Shown: positions 8,160 through 16,316 of the stretch, one piece after another
Layout: each line of letters starts with the position of its first letter
Numbering within the stretch: position 1 is the stretch's first letter
NCBI RefSeq assembly: GCF_000012925.1
Contig: NC_007517.1
Location: forward strand, 2,370,001-2,402,000
Source of the DNA: Geobacter metallireducens GS-15
Lineage (GTDB): Bacteria > Desulfobacterota > Desulfuromonadia > Geobacterales > Geobacteraceae
Reading direction: 5' to 3'
Length of the DNA stretch: 32,000 nt
Translations under genes and position numbers: made by a program
Notes under the pieces: generated by a model
What the model was told of the DNA's origin: nothing
Databases searched by the model: none
What the model saw: the letters and a program-made list of their open reading frames with translations, nothing else

Positions 8160-8879
8160 TCAGAACGATGTGACGATAGCAGGGAGTACGGTGTGGGAGG
8201 GAATCAGCCGGTCAGGAGCATGCATCGACAGGGAGGCGCTGTCGCCGGCCCCGGTGAGCACGCTCACCACTCGCACGCCGGCGGCGCGGCTGGCGAAAAT
8301 ATCTATCGGGGCATCACCCACGTAGAGGGCGTCGGCGGGTGCGACGCTGAGGTGATCCAGGCATTTAAGGATCCCCTCGGGGTCGGGCTTGCTCTTGGAG
8401 ACATCCTTGCCGAGCACGACCGCGTCAAAGCGCTCCAGGACACCGTTTGGCCGAAGCAGTTCCAGAACTTCGGGGCGGGCGCCGCTCACGATGCCGAGCA
8501 GTATCCCGAGACCTTTCAGCGCATCGAGCGTTTCCAGCACCCCGTCGAACAGCTTGCCGTGCTCCCGCAGTATCCGCGGCCACTCCCGGGCGGCATTGGC
8601 GGAAATAGCCTTCAAGATGGCAGCGCCATCACTCCGATCCTCCGGCACAATGCCTTTCCAGAAGCTGCCCCCAGAGGAGAGCGCCAGCCGCACCTGTTCC
8701 TCTGTCACCTCAAAGCCGAACGGCTCGGCAGCGACCCGCGCCACCTCGATGTAGGCGCCGACCGAATCGACCAGCGTACCGTCAAGATCGAACAGTACCG
8801 CCCTGACGGCGAGCGAGCAACACAACTCCGCCCCGGGCCCTGCCTCGGTCCCAAACGTAGAATGCCCTTCAAATGCCAT
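8160..8879 (-). CDS. HAD-superfamily hydrolase (phosphoglycolate-phosphatase-like, subfamily IA)
   Basis: VLFDLDGTLVDS (motif I, DxDGT), IVSGA (motif II) and YVGDAPIDIFASRAAG (motif IV). ATG 8879 is preceded on the minus strand by GGGAG with a 5-nt spacer. Confidence 0.8.
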   Translation of the reverse strand: MAFEGHSTFGTEAGPGAELCCSLAVRAVLFDLDGTLVDSVGAYIEVARVAAEPFGFEVTEEQVRLALSSGGSFWKGIVPEDRSDGAAILKAISANAAREWPRILREHGKLFDGVLETLDALKGLGILLGIVSGARPEVLELLRPNGVLERFDAVVLGKDVSKSKPDPEGILKCLDHLSVAPADALYVGDAPIDIFASRAAGVRVVSVLTGAGDSASLSMHAPDRLIPSHTVLPAIVTSF

Positions 8880-8901
8880 GATGACTCCCGGAACTACCGG
8901 T

Positions 8902-9378
8902 TCAAGTCTTATCTGCCATGCTCAGATCAACCTCGTCGCGATTGCCCAAGCCGAGTGAATTGTCGATAAAATAGAGACGGTGCGGAACCACCTTGTACCA
9001 GCGAACCTTGGCCATGGCCTTGACAATGGCCGCCGGAGCCTGGGCCAGCAACCCGACCACCGGGAACTTCCGCCCGTACAGCTTGCGGGCTTTTTCTTCC
9101 TCGGCGCCGGAAATCTCGACGGCTATCCCTTCGATCTGCACCCCCTTGATTTCCAGCCAGTCGGCATAATCCTCCTGGATGGTCACGGCAACGCATGCCT
9201 CCTGGGCCAGATCGAGACAATGCCGGGTCGTTGGCGATGACAGAAAATAGAGGGTATAACCATCGTTTGCGTAGAACACCGCCGCCGCCCACGGGCCACC
9301 GCTGCCGCTGGTTGCCACGGTGGCAACATTGTGGTCCAGCAGGTACCTCTGCACCCGCATGCCCAGCGCGTCTTTCAC
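8902..9378 (-). CDS. Pyridoxamine-5'-phosphate-oxidase-like (FMN-binding split-barrel) protein
   Basis: 158 aa. LLDHNVATVATSGSGGPWAAAVFYANDGYTLYFLSSPTTRH...VTIQED is the typical PNPOx-like fold signature. A GTG start at 9378 overlaps the upstream stop (GTGA). ATG 9360 is the alternative start. Confidence 0.65.
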   Translation of the reverse strand: MKDALGMRVQRYLLDHNVATVATSGSGGPWAAAVFYANDGYTLYFLSSPTTRHCLDLAQEACVAVTIQEDYADWLEIKGVQIEGIAVEISGAEEEKARKLYGRKFPVVGLLAQAPAAIVKAMAKVRWYKVVPHRLYFIDNSLGLGNRDEVDLSMADKT

Positions 9379-11096
9379 TTCTCGCCACCTGCGTCGGACC
9401 CGTCATCGTGCAGACGGCCCAGGCGATAGGCCAGTTGCGGCCGGGTCAGTCCGAGCAGCCGGGCAGCAGCGGAGAGATTGCCATTGGCCTTTTTCACCGC
9501 TGCTTCTATCAGTGCGGCTTCGGCCTGATCCAGGGTCATGGTGCCGTTCAGGACCTCATCCCGGAGGTCGTTCCCGCTTGCGGGGCGGTCGATACCGAGA
9601 CTGCCGCTGCTGTCCAGCCCGAATTCCAGTCCCAGCCCATCGGCACTCCCCGAGAACATCTGTTCCAGCTCTATGCGCGAGCCGCTGGGAGCCAGTATGA
9701 CCCCCCGCTCCACCATGTTCATCAACTCGCGGATGTTGCCCGGCCAGGGGTAGGCCAGAATGGCCCGCATGGCCTTGTCGGTAAAACCGGTGAGCTTTTT
9801 GCCGTGAATCGCGGAATACTTTTCGACAAAACCGTGGGCAAGGAGGGGGATATCCTCTTCGCGCTCCCTGAGAGGCGGGATGTTGATCTGGAAAGCATTG
9901 AGCCGGTAATAGAGATCCGATCGAAATTTCCCCTCTTTGACCAGCTGTTTCAAGTCGACATTGGTCGCCGCAACCAGCCTCACATCCACCTTGCGGACCT
10001 TCTGTCCCCCAAGGCGCTCGATTTCCCCCTCCTGGAGGACCCGCAGCAGTTTCACCTGGGCCGAGAGGGGGAGATCACCAATCTCATCGAGAAACAGAGT
10101 CCCACCGTGGGCGCGTTCGAAGCGTCCCGGCCGGGTGTTGAGCGCGCCGGTGAAGGCCCCCTTTTCCACCCCGAACAGCTCCGATTCCACCAGGTCGTGG
10201 GGGATGGCGGCGCAGTTGATGGCGATGAACGACTCGTTGCGGCGGGCGCCCATTTCGTGCAGTGAACGGGCGAAGACCTCCTTGCCGACGCCGGTCTCGC
10301 CCAACAGAAGCACCGTAATCTGGCTGTTTGCCGCCTGCTTGAGCAGTCCGTAGGCAACGCGAAAGGCCGGAGAATTCCCCACGATGTCCGCAGGGAGCTT
10401 TTCCTTCTCGTTTATGGCCGAACGCAACTGCACCACCTGGGTCTGCAGGTCGATGAGCTGATCGGCAATGGACTCCTGGTTGAAGATGCGCAGGTAGTCG
10501 GCCGAGTCCTCCCATTCCTCGATGGGCTTGCCGACGATGCGACAGCTGTTGTCCCCCTTGCCGACACACTCGATTTCCTTGTACAGAATCGGCCGCCCCA
10601 TCAAGGCCGTGGTATAGCCGCAGGCATAGCCGATCTGGCTCCAGCAGACCGGTTCGGAATGGGTGCCGTACTGGTGCCGGTGCCACTGCCCTTCCCAGGA
10701 GTTTTCCCACAGGAACTCGCCGTAGTACCTGCCGGCGGCGCGGTCGGCCTCCAGCTTGAGGGTGGTCACCTTGACGATGCCTTCAAGGGTATGGAGCTGG
10801 GTGCCGGTCATGAAAGCTTCGTAGTCGGTTGCCCCCTGATCCCGCCTGCTGAAGACTTCGGCATCGTGCATGCCCGATGCAAAGCCCATGCGAATGAGGA
10901 GCCCCCGTGCGCGTTCCATGCCGAGGGTGTCGATCAACTCCTTGCGCATCCCCCCCTGTGCATTGGCATGAACCAAGAGCATACGGTGCTCGTGGAGCCA
11001 TATCTGACCGGTTTCGGCACAGAAATGCACCAGTGAGCGCAGGTCGCTGTTGGTTGCGTCGCAGGCGATATTTCGGTTACCGCGGGGTTTGGTCAT
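9375..11096 (-). CDS. XylR/DmpR-type sigma-54-dependent activator (XylR_N + V4R aromatic-effector sensor, AAA+, HTH), paralogue 1
   Basis: [15 protein letters not shown]...[20 protein letters not shown] (XylR N-terminal domain). [11 protein letters not shown]...CRIVGKP (V4R). [43 protein letters not shown]. Confidence 0.9.
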   Translation of the reverse strand: MTKPRGNRNIACDATNSDLRSLVHFCAETGQIWLHEHRMLLVHANAQGGMRKELIDTLGMERARGLLIRMGFASGMHDAEVFSRRDQGATDYEAFMTGTQLHTLEGIVKVTTLKLEADRAAGRYYGEFLWENSWEGQWHRHQYGTHSEPVCWSQIGYACGYTTALMGRPILYKEIECVGKGDNSCRIVGKPIEEWEDSADYLRIFNQESIADQLIDLQTQVVQLRSAINEKEKLPADIVGNSPAFRVAYGLLKQAANSQITVLLLGETGVGKEVFARSLHEMGARRNESFIAINCAAIPHDLVESELFGVEKGAFTGALNTRPGRFERAHGGTLFLDEIGDLPLSAQVKLLRVLQEGEIERLGGQKVRKVDVRLVAATNVDLKQLVKEGKFRSDLYYRLNAFQINIPPLREREEDIPLLAHGFVEKYSAIHGKKLTGFTDKAMRAILAYPWPGNIRELMNMVERGVILAPSGSRIELEQMFSGSADGLGLEFGLDSSGSLGIDRPASGNDLRDEVLNGTMTLDQAEAALIEAAVKKANGNLSAAARLLGLTRPQLAYRLGRLHDDGSDAGGEK

Positions 11097-11098
11097 CG

Positions 11099-12709
11099 TT
11101 ACTGTGCCTCATCCGATGGTGCAATTTTGACAATAATCATCGCCACATCGTCAGCAAGAGGCCCGTCGCCGGTAAATTCGGTCAATTTCCGGAAAATCCC
11201 GGCCATGATCTCTTTCGGATGGTTGTCCCGGTATGCGGCAACGGCCTCGCAGAGCCGCCCGGTGCCGAAAGGCTCTCCCGCGGCACTTTCCGCTTCCGTT
11301 ACGCCGTCGGTATAGAGGATGAAGATGTCCCCCGCCGCCACCAGGATGGTTTTTTCCTCGAAACCGACCTCTTTTTTTACCCCCATGATCATTCCGTCAG
11401 CATCGAGTTCAATGAAATCAGCCTGCTCCGAACGGTAGAGAACGGGATGGTTGTGGCCGGCGTTGGCGTAGGACACGGTGTGGTTGGGGATGTCCAGCCG
11501 GATATAGAACATGCTGATCTGAAGCTCTGCCCGCGAGAGATCATCGTGGAGCAGGTCATTTACCACTTCGAGGAGCTTTCCGGGGGGGCGGCTGCCGGTG
11601 ACCTTGGCGTTAAGCACACTGCGGGCCATGGTCATCAGGAGGGACGAGCCGACGCTATGGCCGGTGACATCGGCGATGACCATATCGATGGCGCCCTCTT
11701 CCAGGGTGAAGAAATCGTAGTAATCGCCACCCACATGGGCCGCCGGGTGACAACAGCACGCCATGAGCACCCCCGGCAACGCCGAGGGACATACCGGCAG
11801 GAACGACTGCTGGATCTCCTTGGCTATCTCCAGTTCCCGGGTGATCCGGGCGTTGTCCAGGAGGGCGGCCGCGGCCTTTTTCTGTTCGGTGATGTCGGAG
11901 AAGCTCCCCCGGATGCCGAGGTAGGTACCGTTGTCGTCGAACACCGGCTGGCAGACATGGCGAATCCAGCGGATATCACCATCCCGGTGGACGATGCGGA
12001 ATTCAACCTGGCCCATAACCTTTTCTTCTCTCACCTCATGCCGGTGGACGTCCACAAGCTGCCGATCATCGGGGTGAACGATATTCCAGATCAGGCCGGG
12101 ATCGGCAGTGAACGCGTCGGCCTCATAGCCGCAGACCCTTTCGCAGGAAGGAGACGTGTAAATGACCCTTCCTTCCGGGCTCAGCCAGAATTCCCAGTTG
12201 AAGGTGTTGTCGGCGACGATCCGGTATTTGATTGCCGCCTCCCGCAACGCCTCTTCCGCACGCCGTCGTTCCGTGATATCGCGCCCTTCCGGAACGACCA
12301 GGACCACATTCCCCCTCTCATCCTTCACGGGCTTAAGCGAAAAATCTATGTACGCAACTCTTCCGTCAAGGGTCGCCGCGTGGGTGGTTTCAAAGCGGAT
12401 GAACTCCCCCCGGGCAGCAGCCTCGATCCCCTCGCGCACCCGCTTCTGTTCTTCGCGGGAGTGAGCCCACCACGGAGTGTCCCAGAAGGGCCTGCCGATA
12501 ACTTCCGATTCCTTTCCCTTGATGGAACGGAAGGCGGCTTTATTGATCTTGATGAGGGTGCCGTCCGGCTTCAGGAGCCCCATCAACTGAAACGCTTCGT
12601 CAAAGACGACACTCAACAGGGCGTAGCTTTGGAGAAACGCCTCGTCTTTCAGGCGGGATCTGTTGCTTCGAAATCTATTGAGAAAATTTTCGGTAACTTT
12701 GGTTTGCAT
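11099..12709 (-). CDS. PAS-PAS-PP2C (SpoIIE/RsbU-type) serine phosphatase
   Basis: Two PAS-like repeats ending in DITERRRAEEAL and DITEQKKAAAAL linkers. Then EIAKEIQQSFLP, GGDYYDF, VIADVTGHSVGSS, LYTDGVTEA and ADDVAMIIV, the PP2C metal-binding Asp motifs. RBS GAGGAG 6 nt upstream. Stop lies 2 nt before the next start. Confidence 0.85.
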   Translation of the reverse strand: MQTKVTENFLNRFRSNRSRLKDEAFLQSYALLSVVFDEAFQLMGLLKPDGTLIKINKAAFRSIKGKESEVIGRPFWDTPWWAHSREEQKRVREGIEAAARGEFIRFETTHAATLDGRVAYIDFSLKPVKDERGNVVLVVPEGRDITERRRAEEALREAAIKYRIVADNTFNWEFWLSPEGRVIYTSPSCERVCGYEADAFTADPGLIWNIVHPDDRQLVDVHRHEVREEKVMGQVEFRIVHRDGDIRWIRHVCQPVFDDNGTYLGIRGSFSDITEQKKAAAALLDNARITRELEIAKEIQQSFLPVCPSALPGVLMACCCHPAAHVGGDYYDFFTLEEGAIDMVIADVTGHSVGSSLLMTMARSVLNAKVTGSRPPGKLLEVVNDLLHDDLSRAELQISMFYIRLDIPNHTVSYANAGHNHPVLYRSEQADFIELDADGMIMGVKKEVGFEEKTILVAAGDIFILYTDGVTEAESAAGEPFGTGRLCEAVAAYRDNHPKEIMAGIFRKLTEFTGDGPLADDVAMIIVKIAPSDEAQ

Positions 12710-12727
12710 GGCGTGCTCCTCGCCACC

Positions 12728-14467
12728 TCACTCCGGAACGGCTGCCAGGGCAACGCCGGCAGGCGCCACGTTATTCTCCTGCAGACGTCTGAGTCGGTAG
12801 GCCAGTTGCGGCCGGGTCACGCCAAGCGTCCGTGCCGCCGCCGAAAGGTTGCCGTTGGCCGTTTTTACGGCCGATTCGATCAGGGTGGCCTCAACCTGGT
12901 CCAGAGTCATGTTCCCTTTAACCACAAATTCGTAGATATCATTCACGGGTTCCGGGGTATCGGCACCGAGACCGCCGTTACTATCGAGGCCGAATTCCAT
13001 GGCCATATCAATGCTGCTGGAGGAGAACATCTGCTCTAGCTCGATCCGGGTGCCATTGGGGGTAAGAATGACCCCCCGCTCCACCATGTTCAGCAATTCG
13101 CGGATGTTCCCCGGCCAGGGGTAGGCCAAGATGGCCCGCATGGCCTTATCGGTAAAGCCGTTAAGTTTCTTGCCGTGGATGGCGGAATATTTCTCAATGA
13201 ACCTTTGGGCCAAGAGAGGGATGTCCTCTTTGCGCTCCCGGAGAGGAGGGATGTTGATCTGGAAGGCATTGAGCCGATAGTAGAGATCCGACCGGAACTT
13301 ACCCTCCTTGACCAGTTGTTTCAGGTCGATGTTGGTGGCCGCGACCAGCCTCACATCTACCTTGCGGACTTTGTGGTCCCCAAGCCGCTCGATTTCACCT
13401 TCCTGAAGAACCCGCAGCAGCTTGGCCTGGGCCGACAGCGGCAGATCACCGATCTCGTCGAGAAACAGCGTGCCTCCATTGGCCCGCTCGAAGCGTCCCG
13501 GCCGGGCACTGAGCGCACCGGTATAGGCCCCCTTCTCCACCCCGAACAGCTCCGATTCCACCAGGTCGTGGGGGATGGCGGCGCAGTTGATGGCGATGAA
13601 CGATTCATTGCGGCGAGTGCTGCGGGAGTGCAGCGCCCGGGCGAAGACCTCCTTGCCGGAGCCGGTCTCGCCGAGCAGCAGGACCGTTATCTGGCTTTTG
13701 GCCGCCTGCTGCAGCATGTCGTAGGCCGCACGGAATGCCCTGGAATTGCCGACAATGTCCGCAGGGAGTTTCTCTTTTTCACCGATGACCGAACGGAGCT
13801 GGACCACCTGGGTCTGCAGATCGATCAGCTGCTCGGCAATGGACTCCTTGACGAAAAAGCGCGAATATTCCGATGCGTCTTCCCACTCCTCAAGGGGCTT
13901 TCCAACGATGCGGCAATGACCTTCCCCCATGCCCGCGCACTCCAGTTCCTTGTAGAGAATGGGGCGTCCCATGAAGGATGACGCATAGGCGCAGGCATAC
14001 CCTATCTGGCTCCAGCAGACCGGCTCGGAGTAGGTGCCGTAGTACTGTTTGTGCCACTCGCTCTCCCAGGAGTTCTCCCAGATGAACTCGGCATAGAAGC
14101 TGCCGGCGCTGCGGTCGTACTCCAGCGAGACCGTGGACACCTTGGCGATGCCTTCCAGCATGTGCAACTGCGGGCCGGCAATGAACGCCTCCACATCGCC
14201 ATCGCTTCCGGCCCTGGTGCGGGCCAGCTCGAAGTCGCGCATCCCTGCCGCGTACCCCATGCGGGTGAGAAGCCCCCGGGCACGGTCCATGCCGAGGGTG
14301 TCGATCAACTCCTTGCGTAGCGACGCCTGGACCTCGGCATGGATCAGGAGCATGCGATGCTCGTGCAGCCATATCTGGCCGGTTTCGACACAGAACCTCA
14401 AGCGCGAGCGCAGATCCGTGTCGTTCGTGTCGCGGACCGGCCTGGTTTTACCGGAATATTTGTACAT
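12728..14467 (-). CDS. XylR/DmpR-type sigma-54-dependent activator, paralogue 2
   Basis: Same architecture as 9375-11096 and colinear over the full length ([66 protein letters not shown]). Confidence 0.9.
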   Translation of the reverse strand: MYKYSGKTRPVRDTNDTDLRSRLRFCVETGQIWLHEHRMLLIHAEVQASLRKELIDTLGMDRARGLLTRMGYAAGMRDFELARTRAGSDGDVEAFIAGPQLHMLEGIAKVSTVSLEYDRSAGSFYAEFIWENSWESEWHKQYYGTYSEPVCWSQIGYACAYASSFMGRPILYKELECAGMGEGHCRIVGKPLEEWEDASEYSRFFVKESIAEQLIDLQTQVVQLRSVIGEKEKLPADIVGNSRAFRAAYDMLQQAAKSQITVLLLGETGSGKEVFARALHSRSTRRNESFIAINCAAIPHDLVESELFGVEKGAYTGALSARPGRFERANGGTLFLDEIGDLPLSAQAKLLRVLQEGEIERLGDHKVRKVDVRLVAATNIDLKQLVKEGKFRSDLYYRLNAFQINIPPLRERKEDIPLLAQRFIEKYSAIHGKKLNGFTDKAMRAILAYPWPGNIRELLNMVERGVILTPNGTRIELEQMFSSSSIDMAMEFGLDSNGGLGADTPEPVNDIYEFVVKGNMTLDQVEATLIESAVKTANGNLSAAARTLGVTRPQLAYRLRRLQENNVAPAGVALAAVPE

Positions 14468-14965
14468 GAAAAATACCTACCGCCGAAAATTATATAAAAC
14501 CAAGTTATACCAGACATGTATATTTGTCCAGTACATATGGTCGGCAGTCACGATGTAACCGCCCGCCAGTCCTGCAATAATAACAAGTTATGGTGCCAGG
14601 AAAACATTGCAGCGCGCTAATTCATTGTTTACTTATTCAACAGTTCTATAAATATTTACTAATTCAATAATGTTTCCCCCCATCAAACTCTCATCTGTTG
14701 CAATCCCGTCGCTCAAAAATTGCCTCAAGCCACTATTCGCAACAGTTTATGCCGCAATCCCGCCTTTACCTTGCATTCGTTTTTCACCATTTAATCAACA
14801 ATCCCCACCCCCCGTCAACCACAATTCACCAAATGATAAAATGAGGGGACTTGCCATTTCGGTCAAAACAAGCGACTAACCAACCCTCCCCAAAAACCGT
14901 GAAACCTTGCCAGTACTGCCTTTTCTAAACCCTTCCATAGCCTAACCAATTTTTACAACAGCGTT

Positions 14966-14981
14966 TGGCATATCCAGTGCT
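14966..14981 (+). promoter_or_regulatory. Sigma-54 (-24/-12) promoter for the downstream catabolic/respiratory gene string
   Basis: TGGCAT-ATCCA-GTGCT. The GG (14967-14968) and GC (14979-14980) are separated by 10 nt. Only the T to G change at the first -12 position departs from TGGCAY-N5-TTGCW. Lies in a 650-bp AT-rich gap divergent from a sigma-54 activator gene. Confidence 0.55.
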
Positions 14982-15115
14982 TTACGCAAGGCAACCAACG
15001 CGTAAGCAGACAACGGGAGCTACGCATAACCAAAACATACATAACAATGTTTTGCGCATTAAGGCATGCATAACCGCTCAGGAAACAACAGGGTCTGAAA
15101 GGACGGGAGTTGATC

Positions 15116-16261
15116 ATGACCGCAATGAATGACGGGCAGCATGGGGCGACCATGGATGAACTGGTGAACAACGGGCTGGATAACGTTAATAGCGGCACAA
15201 GGGCCGCTGTCCCGGGCATCGCCCAACTGGGGTTCTACCTGGTGATATTCATGGCCATAAGCTGGGCGATGATGTTCTTCATCCCCACGCCGTTCCTCTT
15301 TACCGTGCTCCTCCCCGCTTCTTTTTACGTCCTGTACAGCCTGGTGGTTTTCTCCCCCCTGGTTTCCGGCGGGTGGCCCTTCGCTCCCCCCCTCGGCAGC
15401 TGGCGCCCCGGGCAGAGTTGGCTGAAGCCGGGAGTGGGGACGACGGCTCTTCTGGTGGCCGTCGCCATCGCCGGTCCCCTCTTCACAAGCACGATCTATC
15501 CCCGAATCCCTCTTTTCCCGGTCGGGTTCTGGTGGGGGATCATCCTCTTCACGGTCACCCTCTGGTATTCCATGGTCTGGAACGGCTGGCCCCTCAACGG
15601 GAAATGTTCTCCGGCCGTGCGGGGCATCGGCGGCGGCCTGATCATCCTTCTGATCACCGCGCTTCTGTGGCAACTGGTCAACCTGGGCGGTACCCCCTTT
15701 GCCGACGCCCCCTATGATCCCCGCGGGCCGTTCCAGGCTGAATGGTTCTTCGGTCTCCTGGTCTGGATCATCGTCTGGATCCAGGCCTTCGCCAACGTCC
15801 TGACTTTCCAGCAATGGCCCTTTTACAAACTGGGCGAGCCCTGGGGGCAAATCGCCAACACCGTGGTCTCCATCGTTCTCGGCTGGCTCTGCTGGACCAC
15901 AAGCCTCAAATTCATGGCCCCGACCTTCTCCTTCGCGGCGGTCGCCGGCTCCATCATCGGGATGCAGAACTTCCACGGCGCCATCTTCGGCTACTATCCG
16001 TTCCTCAAGTTCAAACAGCCTAAACGGGGCATCTGCAACTTCCTCACGGAAATTGCCCTGGCCTTCGTCTGGATCGCCCTGCTCCGGGTACTGATGCAGC
16101 CCATTGTCGCCAAGGTGCAAGCAGCGGGGCTCCCGTTCGACATCAATGTAGTCTCGGTTCTCTACACCCTGCATTTCATCGCCCTGCTCACGCTCATCCA
16201 CAACTTCTATTTCCTGCGGGCACCCCTGCCCCCATCCGGACCTCCCCCTGCTCCCGAATAA
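15116..16261 (+). CDS. Polytopic integral membrane protein of unknown function (about ten hydrophobic segments, Trp-rich loops)
   Basis: 381 aa. No motif I recognise and no CxxCH. GGGAG (15105-15109) lies 6 nt before ATG 15116. Would be the first gene of the pcm string if the published lettering follows gene order. Confidence 0.65.
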   Translation: MTAMNDGQHGATMDELVNNGLDNVNSGTRAAVPGIAQLGFYLVIFMAISWAMMFFIPTPFLFTVLLPASFYVLYSLVVFSPLVSGGWPFAPPLGSWRPGQSWLKPGVGTTALLVAVAIAGPLFTSTIYPRIPLFPVGFWWGIILFTVTLWYSMVWNGWPLNGKCSPAVRGIGGGLIILLITALLWQLVNLGGTPFADAPYDPRGPFQAEWFFGLLVWIIVWIQAFANVLTFQQWPFYKLGEPWGQIANTVVSIVLGWLCWTTSLKFMAPTFSFAAVAGSIIGMQNFHGAIFGYYPFLKFKQPKRGICNFLTEIALAFVWIALLRVLMQPIVAKVQAAGLPFDINVVSVLYTLHFIALLTLIHNFYFLRAPLPPSGPPPAPE

Positions 16262-16316
16262 GTGAGTCCATGTCGTTCCAGCCCTTAAGAGAGCACAACG
16301 AACAGAGGAGAAGACG

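Noticed and set aside
14489-14494. TATAAT on the minus strand, 22 nt upstream of the activator start codon. Considered as the -10 of the regulatory operon promoter.
   Set aside because: No acceptable -35 lies at 16-18 bp, and the leader would be only about 15 nt. The hexamer is expected by chance in AT-rich DNA, so it needs start-site mapping.
14591-14610. TGGTGC...TTGC, which looks like a -24/-12 sigma-54 element.
   Set aside because: The GG and GC are separated by 15 nt instead of the invariant 10 nt, so it is not a functional sigma-54 promoter geometry.
14670-14879. 69-codon ORF in the AT-rich control region. A similar 88-codon minus-strand ORF lies at 14953-15219.
   Set aside because: No RBS. 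The composition is unlike the neighbouring genes. It lies in promoter/UAS DNA, and the product is Pro/Ser-rich with no motif.
14982-15115. Leader segments ACGCAAGGCAACC and GGGAGCTACGCATAACC that superficially resemble conserved GEMM-I (cyclic-dinucleotide riboswitch) blocks, which are common in Geobacter.
   Set aside because: I could not build the required P1/P2 helices. The would-be GNRA hairpin pairs only 2 bp (GC-GTAA-GC), and no tetraloop-receptor arrangement is present. A covariance-model scan (Rfam RF01051) would settle it.
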